Origin: an uncultured Actinomycetes bacterium | GTDB taxonomy: Bacteria; Actinomycetota; Thermoleophilia; Gaiellales; Gaiellaceae | DNA: 64,000 nt | NCBI GenBank assembly: GCA_963776955.1 | Contig: CAVZOM010000003.1 | Location: 176,544 to 240,543, forward strand | Reading direction: 5' to 3' | Shown here: positions 50,904 through 60,412 of the stretch, piece after piece | Numbering within the stretch: position 1 is the stretch's first letter | Layout: every line of letters begins with the position of its first letter | The notes under the pieces: generated by a model | The model's database searches: none | What the model was told of the DNA's origin: nothing | The model's input: only the letters and a program-made list of their open reading frames with translations | Translations under genes and position numbers: made by a program

Positions 50904-52316
50904 TGCCTGCGCTCGAGGTAGAGCACAGCCTGCCCCTCGATCGGCGGCGTAAACGTAACGACACCTCCACCCGAGACGGGATCGGCTTGAATGACCCGAT
51001 CGAGTCCGGGGTCGAACCACTCGACCTGGTACGAAGCCCTCGTTGTCCCGAGGTCGACGTCGAAAGGCGCCGCCGTCCGGCTGGTAGACGAGGTACTCGC
51101 GGCCCGGCGCAGCAAGCACGTACCGCGTCGAGGCGAGCTCGACGAGGGGACGCATGTGTGCGAGGTCGATCCGGTCTGCATAGCGCCGCGTTTGCCCGAG
51201 AGCGCTGCGAATGGCCCACTTGCGGGGCTCGTCGTCCATCTCGTCCATGTAGATCGGGTTGTAGCCGCGGAGGAAGCTCCGCCACGGGAAGGTCGGGTCG
51301 CCGCAGCCGCCGCACTGGTGGTCCGTGTCCATCAGCACGACCTTCCGTCCGTTCGCCGGCACCGGATCGCTGAGGTACTCGAGCCCGAACGGGGAGATCC
51401 AGTCCGCGCGGCTGCCAAGCAGCGTCTGGTTGCTTCCGTGTGCGTGCTGGAAGGTCATGCCGACGGGGTGGCTCTTCCCGCGGCGCCGCATTTCCCGCCT
51501 GACCAGGTCGATCATGTGGTACTGCCACGCTGTGGAGTACACCCCGCTCTCGTTCGCGATCTCGTAGAGCACGTTGTTCAGGTCGTTCACGGCGCCGAGC
51601 ACCCGACGCACGTAAGCGTCTTGGATGCGCGTGACTCGCGGCACGGCGAGCGTATGCGCCTCGATCCCGGTGCCGTCCTGGTTCGCATCCGCTTCGACCT
51701 CGTTGACGTTGTTCGGTCGGTGGAACGGATGACTGCGCCAGCGCCAATCGCCCTGCCACTGCAGGCCCCACCCTTCGAAGAGCATCACGGACACGTAGAA
51801 GCCGCGAGCGCGCGCAGCCAGGACGCGCTGCCGCAGTCGGCGGAAGTACGCGGGGTTGAAGCGCGAGAGATCGAACTTCGGGAGGCCGTCCAGGGCACGG
51901 CCCGGGCCGGTGCGCAGCCAGGGTTGCGGCGCGACCGTGACCGTCTCCCCGCATTCCTCCCAGCGCGTGAGCTCGATCGCCCAGAGCCGGATGAAGTTGT
52001 GGTTGTGCCACGCGAGTCGGTCCAGGTGCTCGTCGAAGTCGAACGGCTCGACTCGGCCGCGCTCGCAGTTGGACTTCCACGTCCGGGCCCCGACCAGGTT
52101 CCACCACACGTGCGAGCCGGTCAGGTAGACGGCGCGGCCGGATCCGGCGGTGAAGTACCGCGGGTTGGAGGGCAGGACGCGCAGCGTCTTGGCCGGCGAG
52201 CCCTTGACCGAGGCACGCGCACGGTCGGGTTGAGTGCCGCCGGCCGAGCCCGCACCCCCGAGAGTGAGCATGCCCGCGGCTCCCAGGCCGAGCACGAGCA
52301 ACAGCAACCTGGCCAT
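50900..52316 (-). CDS. Secreted glycoside hydrolase, TIM-barrel clan GH-A (DUF4038/GH140-like) with a C-terminal beta-sandwich; one frame change near 51090
   Basis: Signal 'MARLLLLVLGLGAAGMLTLGGAGSA'. 'NFIRLW' and 'NVLYEIANES' give the NE acid/base context. The C-terminus 'SYQVEWFDPGLDRVIQADPVSGGGVVTFTPPIEGQAVLYLER' resembles the collagenase-type binding domain that follows DUF4038. Confidence 0.6.
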
Positions 52317-52367
52317 CGGCTCAAGAGCCTATCGTCGGGCCGGCCTGACGCCGACTACGGTTCGGCC

Positions 52368-53467
52368 ATGCGCGTCCTGATCGCCCACGAGTGGCTGGTT
52401 CGGTACGCCGGCTCGGAGCGGGTTGTCGAGGAGATGCTGAAGGCGTTTCCCGGCGCGCGGCTCGTGACCACGCTCCTCGAGCCGGGCGAGGTCCCGCCCG
52501 CGCTGGCTCAAGCCGAGCCGTCGTTTCTCCAGCGCCTGCCGGGAGCCCGAGCTCACCACGAGTGGTTTCTGCCGCTGATGCCGCTGGCCTGGCGTTTCAC
52601 CAAGCTCCCCCGAGATCTCGACGCCGTCATCTCGAGCAGCCACGCGTGCGCGAAAGCGGTCCGAACCGCCGACGGCGTGCCGCACCTCTGCTACTGCCAC
52701 ACGCCGATGCGCTACGCCTGGGACTTCCAGGCCGAGCGCGAGCGCTTTCCCGCTCCGCTGCGACCCGCCGTGAAGGCGGGCATGGCGGGGTTTCGAGCGT
52801 GGGACCGGCGGACCGCCGCAAAGGTGGACCGCTTCGTTGCGAACTCGACTGCCGTCGCCGACCGCATCCGACGCTTCTACGGGCGCGATGCCGAAGTCAT
52901 CTACCCACCCGTCGACACGGAGTTCTTTACCCCAGGCGGGGAGCGCGGTGGCGAGTTCCTCTACGTCGGACGGCTCGTCAGCTACAAGCGCGTCGACCTC
53001 GTCGTCCGAGCCTTCGAAGGGCTGCCGTACCGGCTGCTCGTCGTCGGAGACGGTCATCTCGGCGAGCGCCTGAAGGCGACTGCGTCGAGCAACGTTCGTT
53101 TCCTCGAGTCCGTCGAAGCGGAGAGCTCCGCGATCTCTACCGCTCGGCCCGGGCACTCGTGTACCCGGCCGAGGAGGACTTCGGCATCGTCATGGCCGAG
53201 GCACAGGCGTGCGGAACGCCGGTCGTAGCGCTCGGCGCAGGGGGTGCGCTCGACATCGTCCAACCCGGCGAGACGGGCTGGCACCTCCGGGGCCAATCGG
53301 TCGACGAGCTTCGTCGGGCCGTCGAGCGGGCCGCGACGGAGGAGCTCGACCCTGAGGTGATCCGTGCGAGCGCGGAGCGCTTCGGTCCCGATCGCTTCCG
53401 GCGAGAGCTGCGCGCCGCGGTCGAGCAGCTCGTCGCCGACGGTCAGCGCCGGCGAAGTCGCCAGTAG
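52368..53467 (+). CDS. Glycosyltransferase family 4 (GT-B); one frame change near 53105
   Basis: 'MRVLIAHEWLVRYAGSERVV', 'FLYVGRLVSYKRVDLVVRAF', 'ALVYPAEEDFGIVMAEAQACGTPVVA' (E-x7-E region). Confidence 0.8.
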
Positions 53468-54225
53468 CGCTCGCTCGGCGGAAGGGTCGCAGGGGAGTCG
53501 AGACGACCTTCGGGCGGCGAGATGTGGGGAATCTGGCTCGTGTAGGCGGCCAGTCTCCTCGCCTTGCGCTCGCGATCGACCGGAACGACCTCGAGCTGAG
53601 CCTGGTAGCCGTGAGCCCGAGCGGACTGGCGCGCCGCACGCGCTGCAGAGCCGCCCCAGAGGTAGGGCACCTCCTCGTAGAGGACGAGCTGTGCTTCGTC
53701 GAGCCCAGCGCTGAGCAGCGCATCGCGGACGAAGACGTGGTCGTGGTGCGGCTCCGGGCCGCGAGGCTCGCGCAGCTTTTTCGCAACCCGCGGCGGGAGC
53801 CAGTACGGGGCCCAGCCGGCGCCTGCGGGAAGCACCACCGGGCCGCCGCCGCGCCCCGCCAGCCAGTCGCGCACGGCGTCCGCGATCCGGACCGCGTGCT
53901 CGGCAGGGCGGGGCCCGTCGAAGTGCTGCACCTCGAGCAGGTCGAGCAGGTGAAGGCGATGCCCGTCGGGTGCGAGCGCGTTCTCGTCCTCGCGCCGGCG
54001 CGCGGGCACGCTCTCGGACGAGCTCGCGAACCCGGTGCGCTCGTCCCACCAACCTTGCAGCGGCGGCTCCGGCGCCCCGGAGAAGACGGTCAGCACGTCC
54101 ACCGGCTCTCCGCGGTCGAGCAGCGCCGAGCACGACAGCGCGGCATCGTCGAAGTGCGGCGAGACGACGAGCAGCGCGCCGGAGGGAGGGAACCGATGGA
54201 CCGCGTCTGTCTGAACGTTCAGCAT
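53443..54225 (-). CDS. PIG-L/LmbE-family N-acetylglucosaminyl deacetylase
   Basis: Intact 260 aa. 'LLVVSPHFDDAALSC' is the signature zinc-binding motif, and 'HHDHV' is downstream. The 3' end overlaps the convergent GT4 by 25 nt. Confidence 0.75.
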   Translation of the reverse strand: MLNVQTDAVHRFPPSGALLVVSPHFDDAALSCSALLDRGEPVDVLTVFSGAPEPPLQGWWDERTGFASSSESVPARRREDENALAPDGHRLHLLDLLEVQHFDGPRPAEHAVRIADAVRDWLAGRGGGPVVLPAGAGWAPYWLPPRVAKKLREPRGPEPHHDHVFVRDALLSAGLDEAQLVLYEEVPYLWGGSAARAARQSARAHGYQAQLEVVPVDRERKARRLAAYTSQIPHISPPEGRLDSPATLPPSERYWRLRRR

Positions 54226-54233
54226 TGTCCTTC

Positions 54234-55115
54234 GTGAGCACGTCCGACTTCACGCCGAACCTCACCGTGGTCGTCCCGTGCCTGAACGAGGAGGAGACGA
54301 TCGGAGATCAGCTGAGCGCACTGGCGGCTCAGGAGTGGGAGCGACCCTGGGAGGTGCTCGTAGTCGACAACGGCTCGGACGACGGCTCCGTCGCCGTCGT
54401 CGAGTCGTTCAGGGGACGGGTGCCCGGGCTGCGGGTCGTCGACGCGTCGGAGAAGCGCAGTCAGGCTCACGCCTTGAACGTCGGCGTGCACGAGGCGCGT
54501 GCCGACGCGGTTGCGTTCTGCGACGCAGACGACGAGGTGGCCCCGGGCTGGGTGGCCGCGATGGGCGACGCGCTCCGCGAGCACGAGCTGGTCGGCTGCG
54601 CCGCCGACGGCACGAAGCTCAATGAGCCCTGGGTTCGCGATGTTCGGGTGCTCGACCCGGAGGCGTCGAGGCTCTGGTTCCCGCCGTATCTGCCCTTTGC
54701 CGGCTCCGGCGGCCTCGGCGTGCACCGGCGGATTCACGAACAGGCCGGCGGCTTCGACGAGTCGATGCCTGTCCTCTTCGACGTCGACTTCTGCGTGCGG
54801 GCGCAGAAACTCGGCGGCGGGTTCTACTACGTTCCCGAGGCCGTGATCCACTACCGGTTCCGGCACGCCTGGCGGGAGATCTTCGGCCAGGCGCGGAAGT
54901 ACGCGCTCTACGGCGCCTATGTCCAGAAGCGGCACAAGCCCGCAGGCACAGGTTTCCCCGGGCTCGCCAAGTGGGCTTTCACCGGGTGGCGGCCGGTCCT
55001 GGGCTCGCTCGCCCGAATCTGGAGCCGGGGAGCACGCGCGAAGCTCGCGTGGCAGCTCGGCTGGCTGCTGGGTCGGCTCCACGGGAGCCTGCGCTACCGC
55101 GTGCGCGCCGTCTGA
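54234..55115 (+). CDS. Glycosyltransferase family 2
   Basis: 'LTVVVPCLNEEETIGDQLSAL', 'VLVVDNGSDDGS', 'FCDADDEV' (DxD). Confidence 0.8.
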   Translation: MSTSDFTPNLTVVVPCLNEEETIGDQLSALAAQEWERPWEVLVVDNGSDDGSVAVVESFRGRVPGLRVVDASEKRSQAHALNVGVHEARADAVAFCDADDEVAPGWVAAMGDALREHELVGCAADGTKLNEPWVRDVRVLDPEASRLWFPPYLPFAGSGGLGVHRRIHEQAGGFDESMPVLFDVDFCVRAQKLGGGFYYVPEAVIHYRFRHAWREIFGQARKYALYGAYVQKRHKPAGTGFPGLAKWAFTGWRPVLGSLARIWSRGARAKLAWQLGWLLGRLHGSLRYRVRAV

Positions 55116-56023
55116 GGCCGGTCCAGGTAGCCGCGGAGCCCGCTGCGGAGGCTTGCCGCCGCCTCACGGTCGCGGAGAAGGGTGAACAGCGCCCAGCGCG
55201 CCGCCAGTCCGGCCGCGATCACGCCGACCGTGACCGAGGCCGACGGACGGGACAGGTGGCGCCGGATCATCGCGCTCTCGGCCCGGCCGATCATCTCGGC
55301 GCGGCTCGGGTTGCTCCAGTGTCGCCCGCTCGCGACGTTGCCCAGGTGCACGAACTCCGCTTCGGGCGTGAACCAGACCTTCCAGCCACTCAGTCGCGCC
55401 CGCCAGCAGAGATCGAGGTCCTCCGCGTACATATATGCCTCCTCGTCGAAACCGCCCAGCTCCTGCCAAGTGAGGCCACGGACCAAGAGCACGGCGCCGT
55501 TCACCGCCTGCACTTCTCGGGCTTCGCCGTGGTCCCAGTGCGTGCTCCAGTTCGGCTGCACCGCATTCGGCACGAACCGGCTCACGCCAGAGGCGCGCAC
55601 GAGCTCGACAAGCGGCGAGCTCGTCGGGACGACTGTTGGCTGGAGGGTCAGGTCCGGGTTGAGAACGCGCGGCGCGGCGACGCCCACGTCCTCGTCGCCC
55701 AGGCAGGCGAGGAGCGCCGCGACGCTGCCCGGCTTCTCGACGAACGCGTCGTTGTTCAGGAACAAGTAGGCCTCGCCCGTGAGCGTCCGCGCGCCGACGT
55801 TGCTCGCCCCCGCGAAGCCGATGTTCTCCTCCAGCCGAACGAGCTCGCACGCTTGGAGCTCGTCCTGGAAGCGCGCATGGCTGTCGTCCTTCGAGCCGTT
55901 GTCGACGACGACGACCCGTTCGGCGGGAACCCCGTCCGCGATCGCCGCCTTCGCGCTGCGGATGGTCAGGTCCGGCGTTCCCCAGTTCGCGATCACCACC
56001 GTGAGGCACTCGAGATCGGTCAT
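55094..56023 (-). CDS. Glycosyltransferase family 2
   Basis: 'LTVVIANWGTPDLT', 'VVVVDNGSKDDS', 'LFLNNDAFV', 'YMYAEDLDLCWR'. Confidence 0.8.
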   Translation of the reverse strand: MTDLECLTVVIANWGTPDLTIRSAKAAIADGVPAERVVVVDNGSKDDSHARFQDELQACELVRLEENIGFAGASNVGARTLTGEAYLFLNNDAFVEKPGSVAALLACLGDEDVGVAAPRVLNPDLTLQPTVVPTSSPLVELVRASGVSRFVPNAVQPNWSTHWDHGEAREVQAVNGAVLLVRGLTWQELGGFDEEAYMYAEDLDLCWRARLSGWKVWFTPEAEFVHLGNVASGRHWSNPSRAEMIGRAESAMIRRHLSRPSASVTVGVIAAGLAARWALFTLLRDREAAASLRSGLRGYLDRPQTARTR

Positions 56024-56721
56024 CCGCCGAGCACCCGCGCCGGGTTGCGTTGCACGAGGTCGCTCGCGATCTCGGCTCCGAAACGCTTCTCCACGAGCTG
56101 GACGGCTTCGGCGAGGTGCACCCTTCGGCGCCGCACGCCGTGAGCGTCGCTTCCGAGCAGGTCGACCCAACCGGCGCCGAGCAGCCCCCAGGCCGTTGAG
56201 CCGACGCTTCGACCCCATCGCTGAATGAGGCTAGGGGCGACCATCTGCACGAGCGCTCCGCGTTCGCGGACCTCCTCGAGCAGCGTCGGGTGGCGCTGCA
56301 CCGCCCGGCAGCGCTCAGGGTGGGCGAAGATCGGAACCAGCCCGCCCTCCTCGAGCCGGTCGGCGACGGCCTCGAACAGGCCGACCGGGGAATCGGGTAG
56401 GACCTCGACGACGAGGTAGCGCCCGGCGACCGACCGACGTTGGAGCTCCTCGACCGGCGCGGAGACCGCAAGCGCAGGACCGACCTCCGCGCCGAGCTCG
56501 ACGCGCAAGGGCACCGAAGCCTCGCCCAATGCACTCCTGAGCGCGGTGAAGCGGTCGACGGCGTCCGCGTGACGAGTCGGGAAGGCACGCGAGAAGTGGG
56601 GGGTGCAGAGGACGACGGAGACTCCGTCGTCGACGAGGCTGCGGGCGAGCTCGATCGAGTCGTTCAGGGACTGGGGCCCGTCGTCGAGGCCCGGCAGTAG
56701 ATGGCAGTGCGTATCGATCAT
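56020..56721 (-). CDS. PHP-family protein-tyrosine phosphatase (CpsB/YwqE type)
   Basis: Intact 233 aa. 'MIDTHCHLLPGLDDGP', 'TPHF', 'AHPER', 'LGSDAHG'. Confidence 0.8.
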   Translation of the reverse strand: MIDTHCHLLPGLDDGPQSLNDSIELARSLVDDGVSVVLCTPHFSRAFPTRHADAVDRFTALRSALGEASVPLRVELGAEVGPALAVSAPVEELQRRSVAGRYLVVEVLPDSPVGLFEAVADRLEEGGLVPIFAHPERCRAVQRHPTLLEEVRERGALVQMVAPSLIQRWGRSVGSTAWGLLGAGWVDLLGSDAHGVRRRRVHLAEAVQLVEKRFGAEIASDLVQRNPARVLGG

Positions 56722-57869
56722 GCCCGGCCGAGGGCCTCTCGATAGACATGTTCGTGGGCCGAGAGCCAGTCCTCGAGGCTGGCGGCGGGTGGGCGTACGC
56801 GCGGCAACAGGTCGCGCCAGCGATCCGGCGCGCTGAGCTCCTCGATCGCCCGCACGATTGCGTCTGCATCCGGTTGCACGGGGATCACACCATCGAGCTC
56901 GTCCACGATCTCCGCGGCGCCTCCGCGTGGGCTGACGAGAACAGGTCGCCGGGCGGCGAGCCATTCGAGAACGGTCATCGAGGGCGCTCCCGGCTCCTCC
57001 CAGACCGAGGGAACGATCCCCGCGTCGCACTCCTCGAAGAAACGATCCTTCCGCTCGCCCGAGACGGGCCCCTCGTACGAGACATTCGGCTCGCGCGCCG
57101 CGGCAGCCTCGACCTCCTCGCGGAGCCGGCCGTTTCCCGCGATCCGGATGTCGCAGCCGAGCCGCGCCAGGCCGGGCGCCGCCGCAAGCAGCCGTTCGAT
57201 TCCCTTCGTCCGCTCGAGAGAGCCGAGGTACCCGAGCGTGGCCAGCCGATCGCCGGGTGGGCGGAGGGCTCGCTCCGGTGGCGCGACTTGCAGTCGGATC
57301 GTGTGGTGCGTCGCTCTCGGGAAGAGGCTTGCGTGGCGATCGAGCAGGTGGTTCGAGACGGCGATCAACTGCGAGACGGCGCCCGCCCAGCGGGCGAGCC
57401 GCTTCGTGCGCAGGCCGCAGAGCAGCGGATGAGGGCGGCACGGACTGCCGTCCGGCTGGAGAAGCGTGACGCGGGGGCAGAGCAGGTAATAGTCGTGAAG
57501 GGTGTGCACGACGGGTACGCCGTGCTTCTCGGCTACGCGCCAGATCGCGGTCGAGAAGCCGGGCAGGTTGTTCGTGTGCATGAGGTCGGGCCTCGCGCGG
57601 GCCACGAGCTCGTCCAGCCTGTGCGTGGGGATCGAAACGACGTCGCCCAAGTGGTTTCGGACTCGTCGGGTGGGGCTGGTCCGCCAGTCACTGTCGTGGA
57701 GGACGGTCACGGACCTGCCGCGGTCGTGCGAAGGGAAGGCCGACAGGATCTCGACGTCGAACCCGCGTTCGCCCATGCCGTCAGCGAGTTGCGCGACGTA
57801 GAGCTCCGCGCCACCCGAGAACTCGTCTGCGCCGTGCGCGTTGACGAGCAGCAGACGGGTGGCGCTCAC
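56718..57869 (-). CDS. Glycosyltransferase family 4
   Basis: 'LLLVNAHGADEFSGGAELYV', 'HTLHDYYLLCP', 'LGYLGSLERTKG', 'IVPSVWEEPGAPSMTVLEWLAARRPVL'. It is coupled by GTGA/ATGA overlaps at both ends. Confidence 0.8.
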   Translation of the reverse strand: MSATRLLLVNAHGADEFSGGAELYVAQLADGMGERGFDVEILSAFPSHDRGRSVTVLHDSDWRTSPTRRVRNHLGDVVSIPTHRLDELVARARPDLMHTNNLPGFSTAIWRVAEKHGVPVVHTLHDYYLLCPRVTLLQPDGSPCRPHPLLCGLRTKRLARWAGAVSQLIAVSNHLLDRHASLFPRATHHTIRLQVAPPERALRPPGDRLATLGYLGSLERTKGIERLLAAAPGLARLGCDIRIAGNGRLREEVEAAAAREPNVSYEGPVSGERKDRFFEECDAGIVPSVWEEPGAPSMTVLEWLAARRPVLVSPRGGAAEIVDELDGVIPVQPDADAIVRAIEELSAPDRWRDLLPRVRPPAASLEDWLSAHEHVYREALGRA

Positions 57870-58948
57870 TGCCCGCCCCGCTTGCCGGCCGCGAGGAACA
57901 GCTTGCAGAGCGACCGGGCCGTCTTGCTCCACGAGTAGCGCGCGACGGTCTGCCTACCTCGCTCACGGAGATCGGCCCGCAACGCCTCGTCGCCGGCGAG
58001 CCGCTGCAAGGACTCAGCCCACCGGCCCTCGTCGAGCGGAGCGAGGAGAGCGCCGCTTCCGGAGACCTCGCGAAAGGCCGGGATGTCGCTCGCGAGCACC
58101 GGGCAGTCCCGCGCCATCGCCTCGAGCGGCGTGAACCCGAACCCCTCGTAGCGCGACGGCATCACGAGCGCGAGCGCCGAGCGGTAGAGCGTCTCGAGGT
58201 CACGGTCGGATGCGTCCTGCATGAGGCGGATCCGGTCTCCGTGACGTGCGCGCCCGACCTCGGCTCGAATCTGGTCATAGTCGTCGTCGGCCTGTCCGAC
58301 GAGGAGCAGGTCAGCCGCCGGATCGGCCTGATCGAAGGCCCGGATCAGGAACGGAACGTTCTTGCGTCCGGCCAGGTCCCCGACGTAGAGGAAATACGGC
58401 CGCTCAGGGACGGCGGCTCCGTCCTGCCCGGCCGGCGGGGCGTCCGTGAGGCCGGGGCCGGAGTGGATGACTTCGATCCTGTCCATCGGTACGCCGAAAT
58501 GCTGCGCCGTCTCTTCGCCGGCGAACCGCGAGACCGCGACGAGGGCTCGTGCGCGCCGCACTGCCCAGGGCCAGACGAGGCGCTTGTAGGCATGTCGGCG
58601 CCGCGCGAGGCCGGGAGCGCTCGAGACGTCGTGCACGGTCGCCACGAAGGCGCGCCACGGCGCAAGGAGAGGGCCTGTCAGGTCGAAGAAGTGAAGGAGG
58701 TCGACTCGACTCGTTGCGGCGACGGCCTGCTCTGCAGCGATCCGGCCCGGCCCGGAGTTGAGCCTGGCGCCGCCCACAGGGAAGTTCTTCACGGCGATGC
58801 GCCTTGCGCCGACGGCCTCGGCGCCATCGCGCGTTGTGAAGAGCGTGAACCGGAGCTCAGGGAAGTCCGGGCTCGCCTCGTCCAGCGCTCGCGTGACCGC
58901 CCTCGCATAGCGCGGGATGCCGGAGTGGCCGGCCGCTATCAGCCCCAT
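57866..58948 (-). CDS. Glycosyltransferase family 4
   Basis: 'GIPRYARAV', 'YFLYVGDLAGRKN', 'LVMPSRYEGFGFTPLEAMARDCPVLASD'. Confidence 0.8.
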   Translation of the reverse strand: MGLIAAGHSGIPRYARAVTRALDEASPDFPELRFTLFTTRDGAEAVGARRIAVKNFPVGGARLNSGPGRIAAEQAVAATSRVDLLHFFDLTGPLLAPWRAFVATVHDVSSAPGLARRRHAYKRLVWPWAVRRARALVAVSRFAGEETAQHFGVPMDRIEVIHSGPGLTDAPPAGQDGAAVPERPYFLYVGDLAGRKNVPFLIRAFDQADPAADLLLVGQADDDYDQIRAEVGRARHGDRIRLMQDASDRDLETLYRSALALVMPSRYEGFGFTPLEAMARDCPVLASDIPAFREVSGSGALLAPLDEGRWAESLQRLAGDEALRADLRERGRQTVARYSWSKTARSLCKLFLAAGKRGGQ

Positions 58949-58971
58949 GAGCCCGACGGAGAGCCGTTCGC

Positions 58972-60330
58972 TCAGGGCCTGGACCGGCGGTGGCGAGCCC
59001 CGGCCGCGGCTTCGGGATCGCCCTCGATCGCGGCGCCCACCGCGAGCCCGGCCAGGAGCAGGGCTAGGAATGCTGTCGGAAAGCCCGTGAACGAGGCGCG
59101 GGTGACGGCATCGAGCATCAAGACGGCCAGGAGCCCGAGCGCGAGCCAGCCGGCGGGCGAGCCCCGGGCAGCGAAGCGCCTGGCCAGGTAGATCAGCCGC
59201 CCGAAGATCGCCAGCATCGCCGCGAGGCCGAGCAGGCCGACGTCGGCGATCGCGGCGAAGTAGCCCGAGTCGATAGCGATCTGCCGACTGGCCTCGTCGG
59301 GATCCTGGGTCACCTTGTACGTCGCGCGTTCGGCCGCCGTTCCGACCTTCCCCACCCCGTGTCCGAGAAACCAGACTTGCGGGTCGTTGAAGAAAAGGCG
59401 CCACGCTTCGGTGCGCCCGTTGATGGTCAGAAAGTTCGACGGCCCGGTCCGAACCGTCCGTGTCTCCGTCGCGGTCGACGAAGCGAAGAGAAGCACGAGA
59501 GCGCTCACCGCCGCAACGCCCATCAGGAAGAGCGACGTGGCCGTGTAGCCCTTGCGCGCGAGCCACAGGGCACCGAGGGCGAGGACGACGACCAGAGCGG
59601 TTCGCACGAAGGAGAAGAAGAGCCCGGCCATGATCACCGAGGCCGCGGCGAGCGTAAGCACGCTCAGGCGGAACCACATCAGGAGCGCCGCGAGCGCGAG
59701 CAGGAGGAAGGCCGCGTAGGCGAACGGCTCGTCGAGCGTCCCGAAGCTGCGGAGTTGCCCGTCCACGGTGCGCAGCTGAACTCGGAACGAATAGCCCATG
59801 TCATACAGCCTCCACTCCCCGAGAAGCTGCTGCGCGATTCCCACTGCAGCGACGAAGACGGCGGTCACGACGAGCGCGCCCATCGCCCACCGCAAGGTCC
59901 GGCGCGCGTTGCCGAGCGTCAAGCCGACGAGCAGCAGCGCGAGCGGCTCGAGCGCGAGCCTGATGCCGTGCGTCCACGCGAGGTCCCGGTTCAGGCCGCC
60001 GACGTTGACGAGGTAGAGGATCGCGAACAGGCCCGATGCCGCAGCGACCCAGAAGTCGCCCTTCTGCGGCAGTCCCTGGCTGCTGCGCTGCACGACGAGC
60101 ACCGCCGCCGCGCAGATCGCGGCCATCGTGATCATGTCCTTCAAGGGCCCGATCCACGGGAACGCGAGCACCTTCAGCATCGGGATGAGCGCGAAGGTCG
60201 GGATCGTCAGCGCGACGGCAATGTGCGGCACGACCACGAACGCCGTCACCATGGTGAAGAACAGCGTGAGGACGACGATCAGGGCGAGGCTAAGGCCCTC
60301 GCCGATTTGTGTCGCGGCGAGCGCGAGCAA
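58972..60330 (-). CDS. O-antigen ligase/polymerase-family membrane protein (Wzy/WaaL-like)
   Basis: Intact 452 aa with at least 10 predicted TM segments. A central loop ('RTEAWR..F...P..GHGVG') is typical of Wzy_C-domain proteins. Confidence 0.7.
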   Translation of the reverse strand: MLALAATQIGEGLSLALIVVLTLFFTMVTAFVVVPHIAVALTIPTFALIPMLKVLAFPWIGPLKDMITMAAICAAAVLVVQRSSQGLPQKGDFWVAAASGLFAILYLVNVGGLNRDLAWTHGIRLALEPLALLLVGLTLGNARRTLRWAMGALVVTAVFVAAVGIAQQLLGEWRLYDMGYSFRVQLRTVDGQLRSFGTLDEPFAYAAFLLLALAALLMWFRLSVLTLAAASVIMAGLFFSFVRTALVVVLALGALWLARKGYTATSLFLMGVAAVSALVLLFASSTATETRTVRTGPSNFLTINGRTEAWRLFFNDPQVWFLGHGVGKVGTAAERATYKVTQDPDEASRQIAIDSGYFAAIADVGLLGLAAMLAIFGRLIYLARRFAARGSPAGWLALGLLAVLMLDAVTRASFTGFPTAFLALLLAGLAVGAAIEGDPEAAAGARHRRSRP

Positions 60331-60412
60331 CGCGGTCAGGGCAAAACCGGCAAAGATGAACGGCAGGTCCCGCTCTGGGCGATTGGGCTCTTGCGACCCA
60401 GTTCACGGCCGG

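Noticed and set aside
49281-52316. 1011-aa minus-strand ORF, and similarly the 1029-aa ORF 32576..35665 and the 768-aa ORF 35581..37887, as single giant genes.
   Set aside because: These are run-on frames typical of stop-poor GC-rich DNA. They pass through several recognisable genes: GH + nucleotidyltransferase + SDR; ftsH + spacer + folP; S8 peptidase plus antisense of folB/folK. The junctions carry internal starts, SDs and ATGA/GTGA overlaps.
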